IMG/VR virus record: IMGVR_UViG_3300045970_000382
Span: 1-64,000 of that record
From: a virus
DNA length: 64,000 nucleotides
Strand: one strand, 5' to 3'
Shown here: positions 48,616-61,500 of the stretch, piece by piece
Layout of the letters: each line of letters opens with the position of its first letter
Position numbering within the stretch: position 1 is the first letter of the stretch
Notes under the pieces: generated by a model
What the model saw: the letters and a program-made list of their open reading frames with translations, nothing else
The model's database searches: none
What the model was told of the DNA's origin: nothing
Made by a program: the position numbers and the translations under genes

Positions 48616-49782
48616 ATGTCCGATTCCTATTATGATAATGTGGTTTTGCAATTATTATGTACAGGTATTAATAATTCTACTACGTTTATAGATACTTCTA
48701 AATTTAATAGATCTGTAACAAGAGTTGGTTCTACTATTATTTCAACAGTTAAATCTAAGGATTGGAATGGTTCTAGTGCTTATTTTGATGGTAATATAGG
48801 TTATTTACAATGTGATACATCTACTGATTTTAATTGGGGAGCAGGTGCTTTTACTATTGAGATGTGGGTACTTGCGACAGGGACAGGTATAGGTGGTACT
48901 CTATATAGTGATAGTCTTGAAGGCAATGTTGCAGCTAATAGAGCTAATAGAACCATTTTAATGTTTAGTAATGGGAGTTTTATGGCTGAAATAGGTAATG
49001 CTTGGGTTGGATGTACTGCTGTAAATCCATTTGTTTGGAACCATGTGGCAATATCAGGGACGGGTAATACTTATAGATTATTTGTTAATGGAGTTTATCA
49101 AACTTATGGAGCTACAGGAGGTACTACTCTAGCCGCACAAGCAGGTCGTCCTGTAATAGGTATTTCCGGTGATCTTACTTCTGATAGATTTATAGGATAT
49201 ATAGACGACATTCGTATCACTAAAGGTATATCTAGATACCCCACAACAGCAAACTTTATTCCTCCATATCCTTTTTTTGCTGATTCTGCAGGTCTACCAA
49301 CTTATGGAAAAAACATTCAGGGTCTTTATAGTAAATCTGCTTTTCAATGGTGTCTATTACCTACTTATGAGAAAATGATAGATATTCTTTTAGATAAGAC
49401 TGCTTTTCAATGGTGTCTATTACCTCAGCAAGGTCATTATAATAATAATATTTTAATGTCTTCATTTTTACAATATTCTGGATTGCCTAAAAAAATAACA
49501 GTAATACCAGAATGTTATGATGCAAGACAATCTAATGCAATTTTTTGGTGGGGTGGTACTGGATCACTTTCAGGAACAGTTAGAATAGGCCCTACTGCTT
49601 GTAAACGTAAAATTAGATTGTATGAATCTGTTACTAATATTTTATGTCAAGAAGCATGGTCTGATACTGATGGTGGTTTTGCTTTTACAAATCTTAATAA
49701 AACTTGTAAATTCACCGTTACGGGCACAGACTATAACAATGTTTACAACGACATTATTATAGGAAATTTAACTCCAATTTAA
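48616..49782 (+). CDS. Module 2, protein B: one LamG/ConA-like domain plus C-terminal beta domain
   Basis: SAYFDG, FTIEMW, WNHVA, GYIDDIRITKG. Confidence 0.8.
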   Translation: MSDSYYDNVVLQLLCTGINNSTTFIDTSKFNRSVTRVGSTIISTVKSKDWNGSSAYFDGNIGYLQCDTSTDFNWGAGAFTIEMWVLATGTGIGGTLYSDSLEGNVAANRANRTILMFSNGSFMAEIGNAWVGCTAVNPFVWNHVAISGTGNTYRLFVNGVYQTYGATGGTTLAAQAGRPVIGISGDLTSDRFIGYIDDIRITKGISRYPTTANFIPPYPFFADSAGLPTYGKNIQGLYSKSAFQWCLLPTYEKMIDILLDKTAFQWCLLPQQGHYNNNILMSSFLQYSGLPKKITVIPECYDARQSNAIFWWGGTGSLSGTVRIGPTACKRKIRLYESVTNILCQEAWSDTDGGFAFTNLNKTCKFTVTGTDYNNVYNDIIIGNLTPI

Positions 49783-49794
49783 AGGAAAACTATC

Positions 49795-50955
49795 ATGAGC
49801 GGAACTCAAGTTATTCTATTAAGATCAACAGATACAGATGCTCCACGATTGTCGGGGACTGCTGGAGATCTTGTCAATCTTTTTTATAAGTGTTTAGATT
49901 CAACACAAGGCTACAACATTTGTGCTTTAACTAGTATAACTAGAGTTGGTTCTGTAGCAACAGCCACGTTTGCAGGTCATGGTTATGCAGCAGATGGTCT
50001 TACTAAAATACAGATAAGTGGTGCAACTCCAAGTGATTATAATGGACTTAAAACTATTTCAAATGTATCTGCAAATACCTTTGATTTTGCAGTAGCAGGA
50101 ACTCCTGTAGATGCAACTGTTCCAGGTTCTAGTTGTGTTGCTCCATTAGGATGGACACGTTCATTTACTGGAACTAATCTAGCTGCTTTTAGAAGTAATG
50201 AAGTTACTGGAACAAGACTATATCTTCGTATAGATGATACAGGGACGACTACCGCAAGGGTTCGTGGATGGGAATCTATGTCAGATATTAATACAGGAAC
50301 AGGTTTATTTCCAACAGAAGCACAATTGTCTGGTGGGTTGTGGATTAATAAATCAGATCTTGCCAGTACAGCGGCAAGAACTTGGATTTTAGTAGGCGAT
50401 GGTTTTGAATTTTACTTCTTCTATGCGACTAACATAACAACATATCCAAATGTTTACAGACAATTTCATTTTGGTGATCCAGCATCTGAAATGGCAAGTG
50501 ATCCTTATGGATGTTTGATATATGGAGACATTGCATCTGCTTTAGCTGCTCCAGAATTATCCCAAACAACCTTTCAAGTAGGTACTACAAGTGCGGCAGC
50601 ACAGGCAGGGCATTATTACGCTAGATCATATACTCAAACAGGTGCTTCTGTTGCAGGTGGTAAATTTGGAAATTACACTTTAGGTACTGCAAATATTGGA
50701 GTGGGTAATATCCTGTATCCATCACAAGCTAATAATGGATTGTACATATCACCTATTTTTACAGTAGATGTTTCTGTTATACGGGGACAATTAAAAGGCA
50801 TCTATCAACCTTGCCATACCAGACCATTAGGTAATCTCACGTTTCTTGCTGCTAATGTTTCTCCTATTTCACGAAGATTGTTATCTATAGCAACAGCTTA
50901 TTCTGGAGCTACTCCTGGTGAAACCCATATAGATATAGATGGCCCATGGAGATAA
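49795..50955 (+). CDS. Tail fibre/receptor-binding module 3, protein A
   Basis: Close paralog of 47434-48612. Confidence 0.7.
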   Translation: MSGTQVILLRSTDTDAPRLSGTAGDLVNLFYKCLDSTQGYNICALTSITRVGSVATATFAGHGYAADGLTKIQISGATPSDYNGLKTISNVSANTFDFAVAGTPVDATVPGSSCVAPLGWTRSFTGTNLAAFRSNEVTGTRLYLRIDDTGTTTARVRGWESMSDINTGTGLFPTEAQLSGGLWINKSDLASTAARTWILVGDGFEFYFFYATNITTYPNVYRQFHFGDPASEMASDPYGCLIYGDIASALAAPELSQTTFQVGTTSAAAQAGHYYARSYTQTGASVAGGKFGNYTLGTANIGVGNILYPSQANNGLYISPIFTVDVSVIRGQLKGIYQPCHTRPLGNLTFLAANVSPISRRLLSIATAYSGATPGETHIDIDGPWR

Positions 50956-50958
50956 TTT

Positions 50959-53900
50959 GTGGCAGATCCCTATATAAATAATGTAGTTCTGCTTCTTCAT
51001 TGTGATGGAGTTAACGGCTCTGCTACATTTACAGATAGTTCTCCAAAAGGAAAAATTCCTAGTGTTTATGGATCTGCACAGATAAGTTCTACTAAGTATA
51101 AATTTGGTGGAACTAGTGGATATTTTGAAGGCAGTGTCAGTGATCTTAGGTATGCCTCTAGTGCAGATTTTGACTTTGGATCTGGTGACTTTACAATAGA
51201 GTGTTGGATATACCCTATTAGTAATCCTTCAGTTAAATTATTTTGTGGAAAATTACCCAATTCTGGTAGAGGTCCTTTTTTCTTAGGATGTGATAATTCA
51301 ACTTTTTATTTTGGTTTTTCTACTAATACAGGTAATTGGGATATAGCTGATTACAAAACACTTGGATCTGTTACACAAAATACTTGGAGTCATGTTGCTG
51401 TATCTAGACAAGGGTCTACATTTAGATCTTTTTTAAATGGAGTGGCTGGAGCAACAGCTACTTCTTCATCTGCCTTAGTGGTTGTTGCAAATCCTTTATC
51501 AATAGGTAGTGGTGGTGAAGGTACAACTGGAAACTATTTTAATGGATACATTGATGATCTTCGTATCACTAAAGGAGTTGCTAGGTACACAGCAAACTTT
51601 ACTCCACCTACTTTTGCACTTGAAGATAACATACCTATATCTTCACAAGATCCATATTATGATAAAGTAGCTTTATTACTCCATTGTGAAGGTTCTAATA
51701 ATTCTACTACTTTTAAAGATAGCTCTCCAATACCAAAAGATATAGATGTAACTGGAACTTCTAAAATAAGTACAGCACAAGCTAAATTTGGTGGGTCAAG
51801 TGCTTATTTTGATGGAACAGTAAACTATTTATCTTCTTCTAATAGTTTTTTAAATTTAAGTTCTGGAGATTTTACAATAGAATGTTGGATGTATCCAACA
51901 TCTTTAGTAGCAGCATCTCAAGGAATTTTTTTTAATGGAACATTTGGCAGCAGTAGTAATAGTAGAATACAAATAGATTTAAAATCAGATGGGAGTCTTA
52001 GTTTTTTTGCAGCTAACTCTACACCTACTACATCATGGTCTTTAACTTCTGCTATATCTTTAATAAATATAAATACTTGGTATCATATTGCTGCTGTTAG
52101 ACTAGGAAGCTCTGTTACTCTTTATATTGATGGAATTTCTGTAGCAACTTCTTCTATTAGTAACGAACCTGGTGCAGGTAGTGTTTATTATATTGGATAT
52201 GCAAGAAATTCATCATTAGATAGATATTTTACTGGATACATAGATGAACTTCGTGTTACAAAAGGATTAGCTAGGTACTTAACAAATTTTACTCCAACAG
52301 TATATCCATTTCAGGATATACTACCATTACCAACTTCTACAGACCATTATCATTCTTTTGTAAGCCTATTATTGCACTGTGAAGGTACTCATGGTTCTAC
52401 TACTTTTATAGATAATGGATCTGCTCCAAAGACTGTAACAGCAAATGGGAATGCATCTATAAGTTCAACTCAATCTAAAATAGGATCAACCAGTGCTTAT
52501 TTTGATGGAACTGGTGATTATTTAACTATTCCTATTAGTAGTGATTTTAATTTTGGTACAGGTGATTTTACAGTTGAGGCATGGGTCTATGTATCTTCCT
52601 TAAATGAATATTCACATATTATCCAATTTGGTGAATCTTCTACTAAAAGATGGAATATCTATCATAGCAAAACAGGTCAAACATTTCGTTTGTATTATAA
52701 CGATTCAGGTGTCTGGGGTGATGTAGCGGTAACTGGAACTGTTAGTTTTAATACCTGGTATTATGTAGCAGTGGTGAAGAACGGAACAACAGTTAATTTT
52801 TATCTAAATGGGTCTAACACATATTCATCCACCACGTTAGGCTTACCAATCGGTAATTTAATGGTAGGTATAGGTGAAGAAAATTTTAGTCTAGACTCAA
52901 CTTGCTATTTTAAAGGATATATAGATGAAATAAGAATAACAAAAGGACTAGCAAGATATACTATAAATTTTAATTCAACTTCAGTACCTTTTTCTGACAA
53001 TCCAAGAATTATTTCTTTAGGAAATGATGCTTATTCATCTTCTGTAAGTCTGTTATTACATTTTGAAGGGTCTAATGGTTCTACTACATTTACAGATAAT
53101 TCTCCAAATCCAAAAACTGTAACAGCTGCAGGTAATGCTAAGATAAGCACAGCACAATCTAAGTTTGGTGGAACAAGTGCCTTATTTGATGGAAGTGGAG
53201 ATTATCTAACCATACCTGCTAGTTCTTCTACAGATTTAAGAAGTAGTGCCTTTACTATTGAGTTTTGGGCATACCGTCCCAGTACAGGTGGAACTAATCC
53301 TGGTGACGGAGGATGTGTTGTATTAAATCGTAGATATGGAGGTGGATCTGCGACTGATGTTCAATGGGGAGCTGGAGTTAGTTTAACAGCATCTACTTTC
53401 TGGTTCTCAACTTCAAATGGGGCAGGTAATCAAAGTATTTCAACGGTCTCAACTAGCTCAAAAGATGTATGGCATCATTACGCAGTAACTTTAACAGATG
53501 CAGGATATATACGATTATTTGTTGATGGTGTATTATCTGCAAGTAATCCATCTTATGGAATGCTAAATGTTATTGCGCCTGTAGATAACAATAATGTTTA
53601 CGTTGGATATGGAGGATTTAATACACAATATTTTAATGGATACATAGATAAACTTCGTATTACTAAAGGTGTGGCTAGGTATATCAATGATTTTACTCCT
53701 ACCATAACAGATTATCTTCCAACAGATTCTTTAGATCCTTATATAAATTCTGTAAGTCTTCTATGTACATTTGATAATGAAGATACTGCTGTTTTTTCGG
53801 ATTATTCTCCTGCACGTAGAACTGTTTCTCCGTCTGCTGCTGGTTTTAACACTACATCTACTTTTAAATATAGAGGTGGAAGTTGTTTAATAAATAATGC

Positions 53901-55536
53901 TACAAATGATTATATCTATGCTGGATCATTTCCTATAGCAGATAATAGTTTTACAATAGAAGGTTGGTTTAATGTAAGATCTTGGGGAACGTATGGAAGA
54001 CAATTATTTTTTCATGGTTCAGCTTTTACACCTTCTATGTCCCTTCAGGCTCAAATAAGTTCAGCTGGAGCTATAACAATAGCTGCTCCTAGTGTGTCTG
54101 GAGCTGTTTTAACCTTATCTGCTGGAATTATTCCTGGAAAGTGGTATCACATAGCCTTTGTTAGAAATGGTTCTACAATTAGTACATTTGTTAATGGAGT
54201 GAAGTTAGGATCTACAGTAATTTCTGGAGTTATATCTACTTCTGCAAATAATTTTTATATAGGTAGAGGATCAGATTGGGGTACTAACAATATTTGTTCT
54301 TTTGATGGATATATAAATGATTTTAGAGTAACTGTTGGTATATCTAGATATACTGCAAACTTTAATCCTCCTGGCTCACTTAGAGATACTTTTAATCTTT
54401 TACAAGATCCATATTATTCAAATAATACGTTAGAATTATTTTTTGATGGATCTACTACTGAGACTAAATTAAAAGATGCCTCAAGTCTGGGTAAGCATGT
54501 AGCTTTATACGGTAATGCATCTATATCTAATACTATTTATAAATACAGCAAAAGCAGCGTCTATCTTGATGGAGTTAACAGTTCTGTACAAATAGAAAAA
54601 TCTTCAAACTATGGAATTTCTTCAGGTGATTTTACTATAGAAGGCTGGTTTTATATTATTCCTAATGGGTCTGGATTAAACCATCTTTTGCAGGTTAATT
54701 ATGGATCATTATCTAGTAGATGGAATGTATTTTATAATACCACGGATAGTACGTTAAATCTTTGGATGAATGGAAATTTAGTATCATGTGTAATTTCTGC
54801 ATCAGTTTGGAATCATGTAGCTGTAGTCAGACTTGGATCAGTTACAACTTTATTTATTAATGGTGGTTCTATGGGAACTACTTCTGTAACACTTCCATCT
54901 GGTGTTCCATCAATAACTTTAGGTACTCAATTTTATTCTCCTCTTGCTCCTGATTATTTTAAAGGTTATATAGATGAATTTAGAATAACAAGCATGGCAA
55001 GATATACTTCAAGTTTTTCTCCACCAATAAATTATTTCTTAATTAATCGTATTTTAGAAATTGTAAGAATTTTAGGTGTATCTTCATTTGGAACATTTCT
55101 TCAATGGTCTGGTTTACCACCTAAAATGATAAATCTTCCAGTAGAGATTGGAAGAGGCTACTATGAGTGGATTATAAAACCACCTAAAATGGTAAATCTT
55201 CCAGTAGAATTTGGAATAGGGTATCTCAGTTGGAACACCCTTCCACCTAAAATGATAACATTGCCAATAGAATTTGGACATGAACAAAAAATAGTTACCT
55301 GGTGGTCTGGTAATAGCACTATCTTTGGAGTGATTACAATTAATTCTATACCAGCTAAACGTAGAGTTAGATTATTTGATTCTATTACCGGAATATGTCT
55401 TAAAGAAATAATTTCAAATTCTGAGGGTGAATTTGTTTTTCTTAATTTAAGGAAAGATTTAACGTATACTATCAGTACCACAGATAGGGGAGAAAATTAC
55501 AATGATGTTCTTACTGCAAATGTTTTTCCTGTCTAA
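50959..55536 (+). CDS. Module 3, protein B: six tandem LamG/ConA-like domains plus C-terminal beta domain
   Basis: Six DPY...V.LLLH..G / FTIE.W / W.H.A / GYID..RITKG repeats; three PPKM.NLP.E.G repeats. Confidence 0.85.
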   Translation: MADPYINNVVLLLHCDGVNGSATFTDSSPKGKIPSVYGSAQISSTKYKFGGTSGYFEGSVSDLRYASSADFDFGSGDFTIECWIYPISNPSVKLFCGKLPNSGRGPFFLGCDNSTFYFGFSTNTGNWDIADYKTLGSVTQNTWSHVAVSRQGSTFRSFLNGVAGATATSSSALVVVANPLSIGSGGEGTTGNYFNGYIDDLRITKGVARYTANFTPPTFALEDNIPISSQDPYYDKVALLLHCEGSNNSTTFKDSSPIPKDIDVTGTSKISTAQAKFGGSSAYFDGTVNYLSSSNSFLNLSSGDFTIECWMYPTSLVAASQGIFFNGTFGSSSNSRIQIDLKSDGSLSFFAANSTPTTSWSLTSAISLININTWYHIAAVRLGSSVTLYIDGISVATSSISNEPGAGSVYYIGYARNSSLDRYFTGYIDELRVTKGLARYLTNFTPTVYPFQDILPLPTSTDHYHSFVSLLLHCEGTHGSTTFIDNGSAPKTVTANGNASISSTQSKIGSTSAYFDGTGDYLTIPISSDFNFGTGDFTVEAWVYVSSLNEYSHIIQFGESSTKRWNIYHSKTGQTFRLYYNDSGVWGDVAVTGTVSFNTWYYVAVVKNGTTVNFYLNGSNTYSSTTLGLPIGNLMVGIGEENFSLDSTCYFKGYIDEIRITKGLARYTINFNSTSVPFSDNPRIISLGNDAYSSSVSLLLHFEGSNGSTTFTDNSPNPKTVTAAGNAKISTAQSKFGGTSALFDGSGDYLTIPASSSTDLRSSAFTIEFWAYRPSTGGTNPGDGGCVVLNRRYGGGSATDVQWGAGVSLTASTFWFSTSNGAGNQSISTVSTSSKDVWHHYAVTLTDAGYIRLFVDGVLSASNPSYGMLNVIAPVDNNNVYVGYGGFNTQYFNGYIDKLRITKGVARYINDFTPTITDYLPTDSLDPYINSVSLLCTFDNEDTAVFSDYSPARRTVSPSAAGFNTTSTFKYRGGSCLINNATNDYIYAGSFPIADNSFTIEGWFNVRSWGTYGRQLFFHGSAFTPSMSLQAQISSAGAITIAAPSVSGAVLTLSAGIIPGKWYHIAFVRNGSTISTFVNGVKLGSTVISGVISTSANNFYIGRGSDWGTNNICSFDGYINDFRVTVGISRYTANFNPPGSLRDTFNLLQDPYYSNNTLELFFDGSTTETKLKDASSLGKHVALYGNASISNTIYKYSKSSVYLDGVNSSVQIEKSSNYGISSGDFTIEGWFYIIPNGSGLNHLLQVNYGSLSSRWNVFYNTTDSTLNLWMNGNLVSCVISASVWNHVAVVRLGSVTTLFINGGSMGTTSVTLPSGVPSITLGTQFYSPLAPDYFKGYIDEFRITSMARYTSSFSPPINYFLINRILEIVRILGVSSFGTFLQWSGLPPKMINLPVEIGRGYYEWIIKPPKMVNLPVEFGIGYLSWNTLPPKMITLPIEFGHEQKIVTWWSGNSTIFGVITINSIPAKRRVRLFDSITGICLKEIISNSEGEFVFLNLRKDLTYTISTTDRGENYNDVLTANVFPV

Positions 55537-55569
55537 AAATTAAATTAATCAAATTGGGATGATCTGATT

Positions 55570-58500
55570 GTGTCTAATTACGTCCCTACTCCAAGTACAA
55601 ATATCAATTTAGTTTTCTTAGAAGAACTATTACCTCCTTTAGGTAATGATGTAGATCTAGAATTATCTAGAGTAGTTCTTTATGGAGAATTAATTTGTAC
55701 TACAGATGATATATTATTAGATTTAGTTCTTTATCATTATATTTGGGAAAAAACTCTTAATCTTGTTGTAACAACAGATGACATTGTTACAGATGTTCAT
55801 ATCGCTCCTAACGAAGGTTTGTGGTATCTAGTACCACAACAGCCTATAGTTTTTGCATTTATTGATGATACGTATACCATACCTGGAGCAGCAAATGTTC
55901 CATTCACGTTTACACCTTTAACAGTTCAATTCAAGTTTCTCAAATTTACTGTAACAGCAGATAATGTCAGTATAGATTTAGAATTATTTACTCAAGATAT
56001 TCGTGATAGATTTATCACATATACATTACCTACAGTTGGACTCTTCACTGCTTTTTTTGCCAGACCTGCTTTTTTCACTTGGATAAGTTCTTTAGCAACT
56101 ATTTTACCACTCTTTGCTTGTAAATATATTCCACCAAGAACCGCCAATATCTTTAGTACCTTAGCAAATGGTTCTTGTTCTATATCAGGAATAGTGCCTA
56201 TACCTGTAACAGGTACTTTAGCTGCAACGTTGGGTTATACTTCTTGTTCAGTTTTAGGAATAGTTCCTATCCGGATTTATATAATTTTTTCTACAACTCT
56301 AGATAATATTACTCCTACTTTTTCATTATTAAGGTGGGATAGTGTTCAAGGATCATTTGATTGTAATACCGGAAGTTGTTCTGTAATATTTAATCTTTAT
56401 AAAGCTCCAGTAGGTAATTGGCTTTCAACTACTGAAAATAATACAGATTTATTTACAGCCGTTCATTTAGTTGGAAGACTAAACTCAATCTTAGCAGTAA
56501 ATACTTCTATATTTAGAACTGTTCATATTGTAGGAATATTAGATTCTAATACGAATTGTGTTTTCTATTTAACTGGAATTATTCCAATAAGAATATATTT
56601 AACTTTAGATTTTACAACTGGAACAGTAATATGGGTTCCATTAAAAGAAATGATAGCGGAGTTTTCAATAGATTATTATCTGGATGCATCTGATTCTATT
56701 GAGCATATTCAAGATATTTCGTATTTTGGAGACGCTAGAAATTTATTCAATAATGTCCATATCTTAACTTATATTAATGATGCTCCAAATGATCTTCCAA
56801 TAATACAAAATTTGAATTATTTATCTAATCTAACAAGTTCAGAAATAATTGTTAATGAAGAATATGCTCTTGAAGGTTTGGCAGATGAACATAATTATAT
56901 TCTTCAACAATATTCTGTAAATCTTAAAGAATCAGTTATTTTTGAGGTTTTAGAATATTTAGTTGAGGTATCTTTAAATAAATCTAATGTAATAACTAAT
57001 TCATATTCTAATATTTTAGTTTCTACTGAATATATCAATGAAATATCTAGTAGTATTATTGTAGAAGAACAAACGGATGAAGCTCATTTTTATTGGGATT
57101 TAGATACGATAAATCTTTATCAGGATTCTTATAGTGTTAATTACGAATTACAGTCCCCTACCGCAGCTATTATTAATATTGTTCCAGATACACCTGTTAC
57201 TATTATAAGATTTTTAGTTAGTCTAGGTGCGGTTATTCAAGGTTTTACAAGTTCTATTAATGTTGAAATATTTCTTCATATTATGGAACCAAAAACTATT
57301 GATCTAAGTTTTATTACTGATGATTCTTTGTTTGATAGTAGAGGATATTCTGTATTAAAAATAATTATAGATGCACATACCCATAATGATTATAGTCTAT
57401 TTAGTATAGTCACTTTTTATGGACGCTTATCCATAACTACAGCATCGGTAATCAGTGTTATTAGAGGTGGTATTCCAACTTTAATTTCTATGAATTTAAT
57501 TACTAATAAAGATGTTTCACTAACAACTGGACATTTTTTACTGACAGCCGCATCAAATTATCTAGTTTATATAAATATAGATACAGGATCTGTTCAAGCC
57601 AATATTTTTGGTGTAGGTGCTAATTTAGGAAGTTTATTTGTATCAGGTAATCCAAATGAGGTTTATAATTTAACTGATCCAATCACTCATAAAATATTAA
57701 GATACTGGTATGCATTAGGTGTCATTTTTAATGGCATGATAATAAATCCGTATGCATTAAGAGCTGAGATAATAACTCCAATGGTGGTTTGTAGATTTGT
57801 TGCTCTTATTCCAGAACCAAGACAATTAACACTAGCATTAAATCTTAGCCCTGTTATTTTTAGAGGTCGAGGTTATATACGTGTTACTTTAATTTTTAAT
57901 GTAATTCTTAATAACATTAATGGCGTTTTTACGTTAGGTTATACTAATACAAAATTGCAAATGGATTTGTTTACTGCTATTTCAAGATCAACATTATCTT
58001 TAACAACACCTATTAGAATTTATGTAGATTTTAGAGCAAACACAGGTGATATACATTCTGACATTTTTATTCGCTTGAGCAGTTTAGGTAAATTACAAAG
58101 TGACACTCTTGATTCTACAAGTCGAATATGGGGTGTGCAAATGGTAGGTACGTTTGATGTTGTATCTAGAAATGTTATACCTATTTTAGAATTAAGAATA
58201 CCTTTTGGCATTACACTTGCAGGAGATACAGGTTGTCCTCTAGGTAATATAGATTTAAAAGTTCCTATTCAAATAAACATAAGATTTGACTGTGCGTTTG
58301 ATAACGCTTTAGGAGGTTTTAAATTAAGGAATCCTATTGTAGGTTCATTAGAAACTACAACAGCTTTTATGTTTCCAAAGATATTAATCTCGTCAATAAT
58401 AGGAAGATTAAGCACTGTCACTAATAATTATCTTTATATAAATTTTTATCTTAAACATAGAGATTTACAAACATTAGAATTAGATTTAGAACTTGAAGAT

Positions 58501-61500
58501 TGTAGTTCTAAAATTAAAGGTAGAATAATTACGAACTTTCGTATAAATCTAACTATGTCAGATAATTATTCTATTATTATGATGAAAGCTCCTATTTATA
58601 ATGTTTTAGATTTTAGAACTTCTTTATTTGATAATATTCCAACATTTGTATTAAGAAATGGCAAAGCCACTTTTGTTATTATAGAAAAACTTTTACCTAA
58701 TTCTATAGCACAAATTTATTGTTATTATCCATTAATAGGTTTTTTCAATGTAGTTCTTAATGATGTTTTTCTTAATTTAAAAATAAAAGTTCCAGAAAGA
58801 TATTTAGTAGATTTTACTCCTGATACAGTAACTGCCTTTTTTGATATACGAATGGCTATTCCTGTTTTTGGATATGTTAATGGTCTGATTCATAATGATC
58901 TTAGTTATTTCAGAGGTTCTGCTACTTTAGGAATAATGGCTATTTTTCCTCCTGCTATTAAAATTGTAAGTTTTAAATTATCTGTTGCAGTAAGAATTTC
59001 AGTTAAATTCCTTAGTACTTTAGAATTAATAAATTTTAGATTGAATAGTTGGGTAGATGTTGTAGGTATTTTAAGTGGAATTAATGAAGAATTATTTAAG
59101 GAAGAAGATCCTCAATTTGACCATCAATTAATGTTAAATCAACAACAAAGATCAGGAGTTACCTCATTATTTAGATTATTTACTTATGTAATGCCTACGG
59201 CTATCAGTGGACGGTTATTACAATTTTTACCTAATGTATTTCCTAATTTTGTATTAAATAATCCAACTAATGGAATAAGATTTAATGTTTATGTTACTGC
59301 TTATGGTAATATCAATTTAGTATCTTTAGTTCAAGGTGAATTTATAATTGAAACTGAAGATTTAAGAAGTTGTGAAATAATTTTAAATCTTAAAGCTACT
59401 TCAGGAATTATCACTTCACAATTAAAAAATAGTTCTGCTAATTTTAAAGGTTCTATTGATATTGCAGTTTTCTTAGATAAAGTAACAGAGTTAGTAAAAC
59501 CATTTATTCTTTTAGAAGTTAAATCTACTAGACATGGAAGTCTTATTTTTAGAACACAAAATAATACTGGAATTTTTGTATGTAAGTCTATAAAAGACCA
59601 ATATGCAGGACCTTGGTTATCTGTTTTAGATAATGTTAAATTTGTTCTTTTTCAACTTAAAATTCCATATAGATTATATTGTGTTATAGATTCAAATACA
59701 GTTAGATGTTATTGCAATATTGCAATCCATGTTAGTTGTGGTGGTAGATTAAGTTCCGAAACTGATTCTGTTTTACCTACAATTTTATCACAAGATAGTA
59801 ATCTTAGAATTTTATTAATTACAGAAGATTTAATAGGTAAAATAAAACTAGGAATTGCTCCAGCAGTAGATGGATTATTTAAAGTTATTACTGAAAAATT
59901 TATAGTAGATATTCATTTAAAAACTCCTACTAGTGGGCATTTATTTGTGGTAACAGCACCACCCAGTTTAGTAAGATTTAGAATGAATAAAGAAATCTAT
60001 GGAAAAATGGTTCCATGGGATTACATAGTAAGTAACAATCCACCTTTATATAAACTAGATTTAAAAGATCCAATATATCAAGGAATTGATATTACAGAAT
60101 GGATGTTTGACCCTACAAAATGTGATATTTTTAAAAGAACAGCTTTTGTTATTCCGCAAATAGAATTATACACACCCATACCTGCTAAAATTCGCATGAA
60201 TTTGCTTCCAGGAAAAGAAGAACAATTTGCAGATACATATATGGTTTGGAATAGTTATATTAATAAATGGGAGTGGGGTACAACTAGAACATTACCTAAT
60301 CCTTGGTTTAGTGCTTCTGGTATTGTAGATATTTTTGGATTTATGGAAACAGGTATTACTGGAGTAAAAGAAGTTTTATTTTATTTATCTATAAAGGTGT
60401 TTTCAGGAAAATGGGAATCTAAATTAGATGGAGTAAAAAAGACAGATCTTAGATTAAGGAATGTTTTTAGTATTGGTTTCTTTTTAGAATTTCAAACAGG
60501 TCCTGCTACTTTTTATATTGCGGCTACTGCAACAAATCCTAGTTATTTTGCAATTATTACAGATCATGTAAATTGTGCTATTTATGCTACAGCACCTTTC
60601 TTTGCATTTTGTGATTTAGAATCTACTACAGAATCTATAAAAATAAGAATAGTTATAGATGTTGTTTTGTATAAGTGGGCATTTATATTTACTCAAACTG
60701 TCGATAGTGTTGCTGTTATTACTGGATTAATTTCATTTTCGCTTAATAGAATAGAATTAATTACTCAGGATATTATTAGTGATATTTTATTGATTGAATA
60801 TTTTATTTTAGGTAGAATGAACGCCTATTTAAGAGCTTGTACTGTTAGAATGAAAATAAATACCACTGGATTAAATCCAATTATAGGTTATTTTATAACT
60901 CATACTGATTCTATTATTTTTCATACTGAAATTTATGCTTCTACAGGTTTATTTATTCTTGTGGGTACTAAAAATGCTACAATGAATTTTATAGGTAAAG
61001 TTGCACGACCATTAGTAATAGATTTTTATTTTAGAACTGAAAATTCTTTAAGTGCTATTTATTTGGTTGCACCTATATCAGGTTTGTTACAATCTAATTT
61101 ACAAGATATAGAAAATGATCTACAATTACTTTATATAAAACCTATTATAGGTCACTTATTTTCAGATTCAGATTCAATTTCATGTAATATTAGATTATAT
61201 ATTCCTGTATATCTTACATTAGATCTTATATTGCAAGACATTATTACTGATATGGATATTAGAGTAATGGTTACTTTAACTCTAGAAAGTATTTTAGAGT
61301 CTTCAGTTTACTTTGGACGAGTTAATATTTACGAAAAAGAGGTGGAGCAAATTTCAGATTTATATTATGATATAGAAGGTGAAATATTACCAGACTCTCC
61401 TACTTCAACTTTCAATAAAAAAGGCTTTGTACGTGTATATTCGGGTGAAACAGGGGAATTAGTAAAAGAGGTTTATACTACAGGTTCGACTTATAAAATT

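Noticed and set aside
3207-58211. Minus-strand and alternate-frame short ORFs overlapping large genes (e.g. 12602-13039, 27002-27460, 32366-32677, 46406-46597)
   Set aside because: Shadow frames of well-supported genes with no motifs or RBS.
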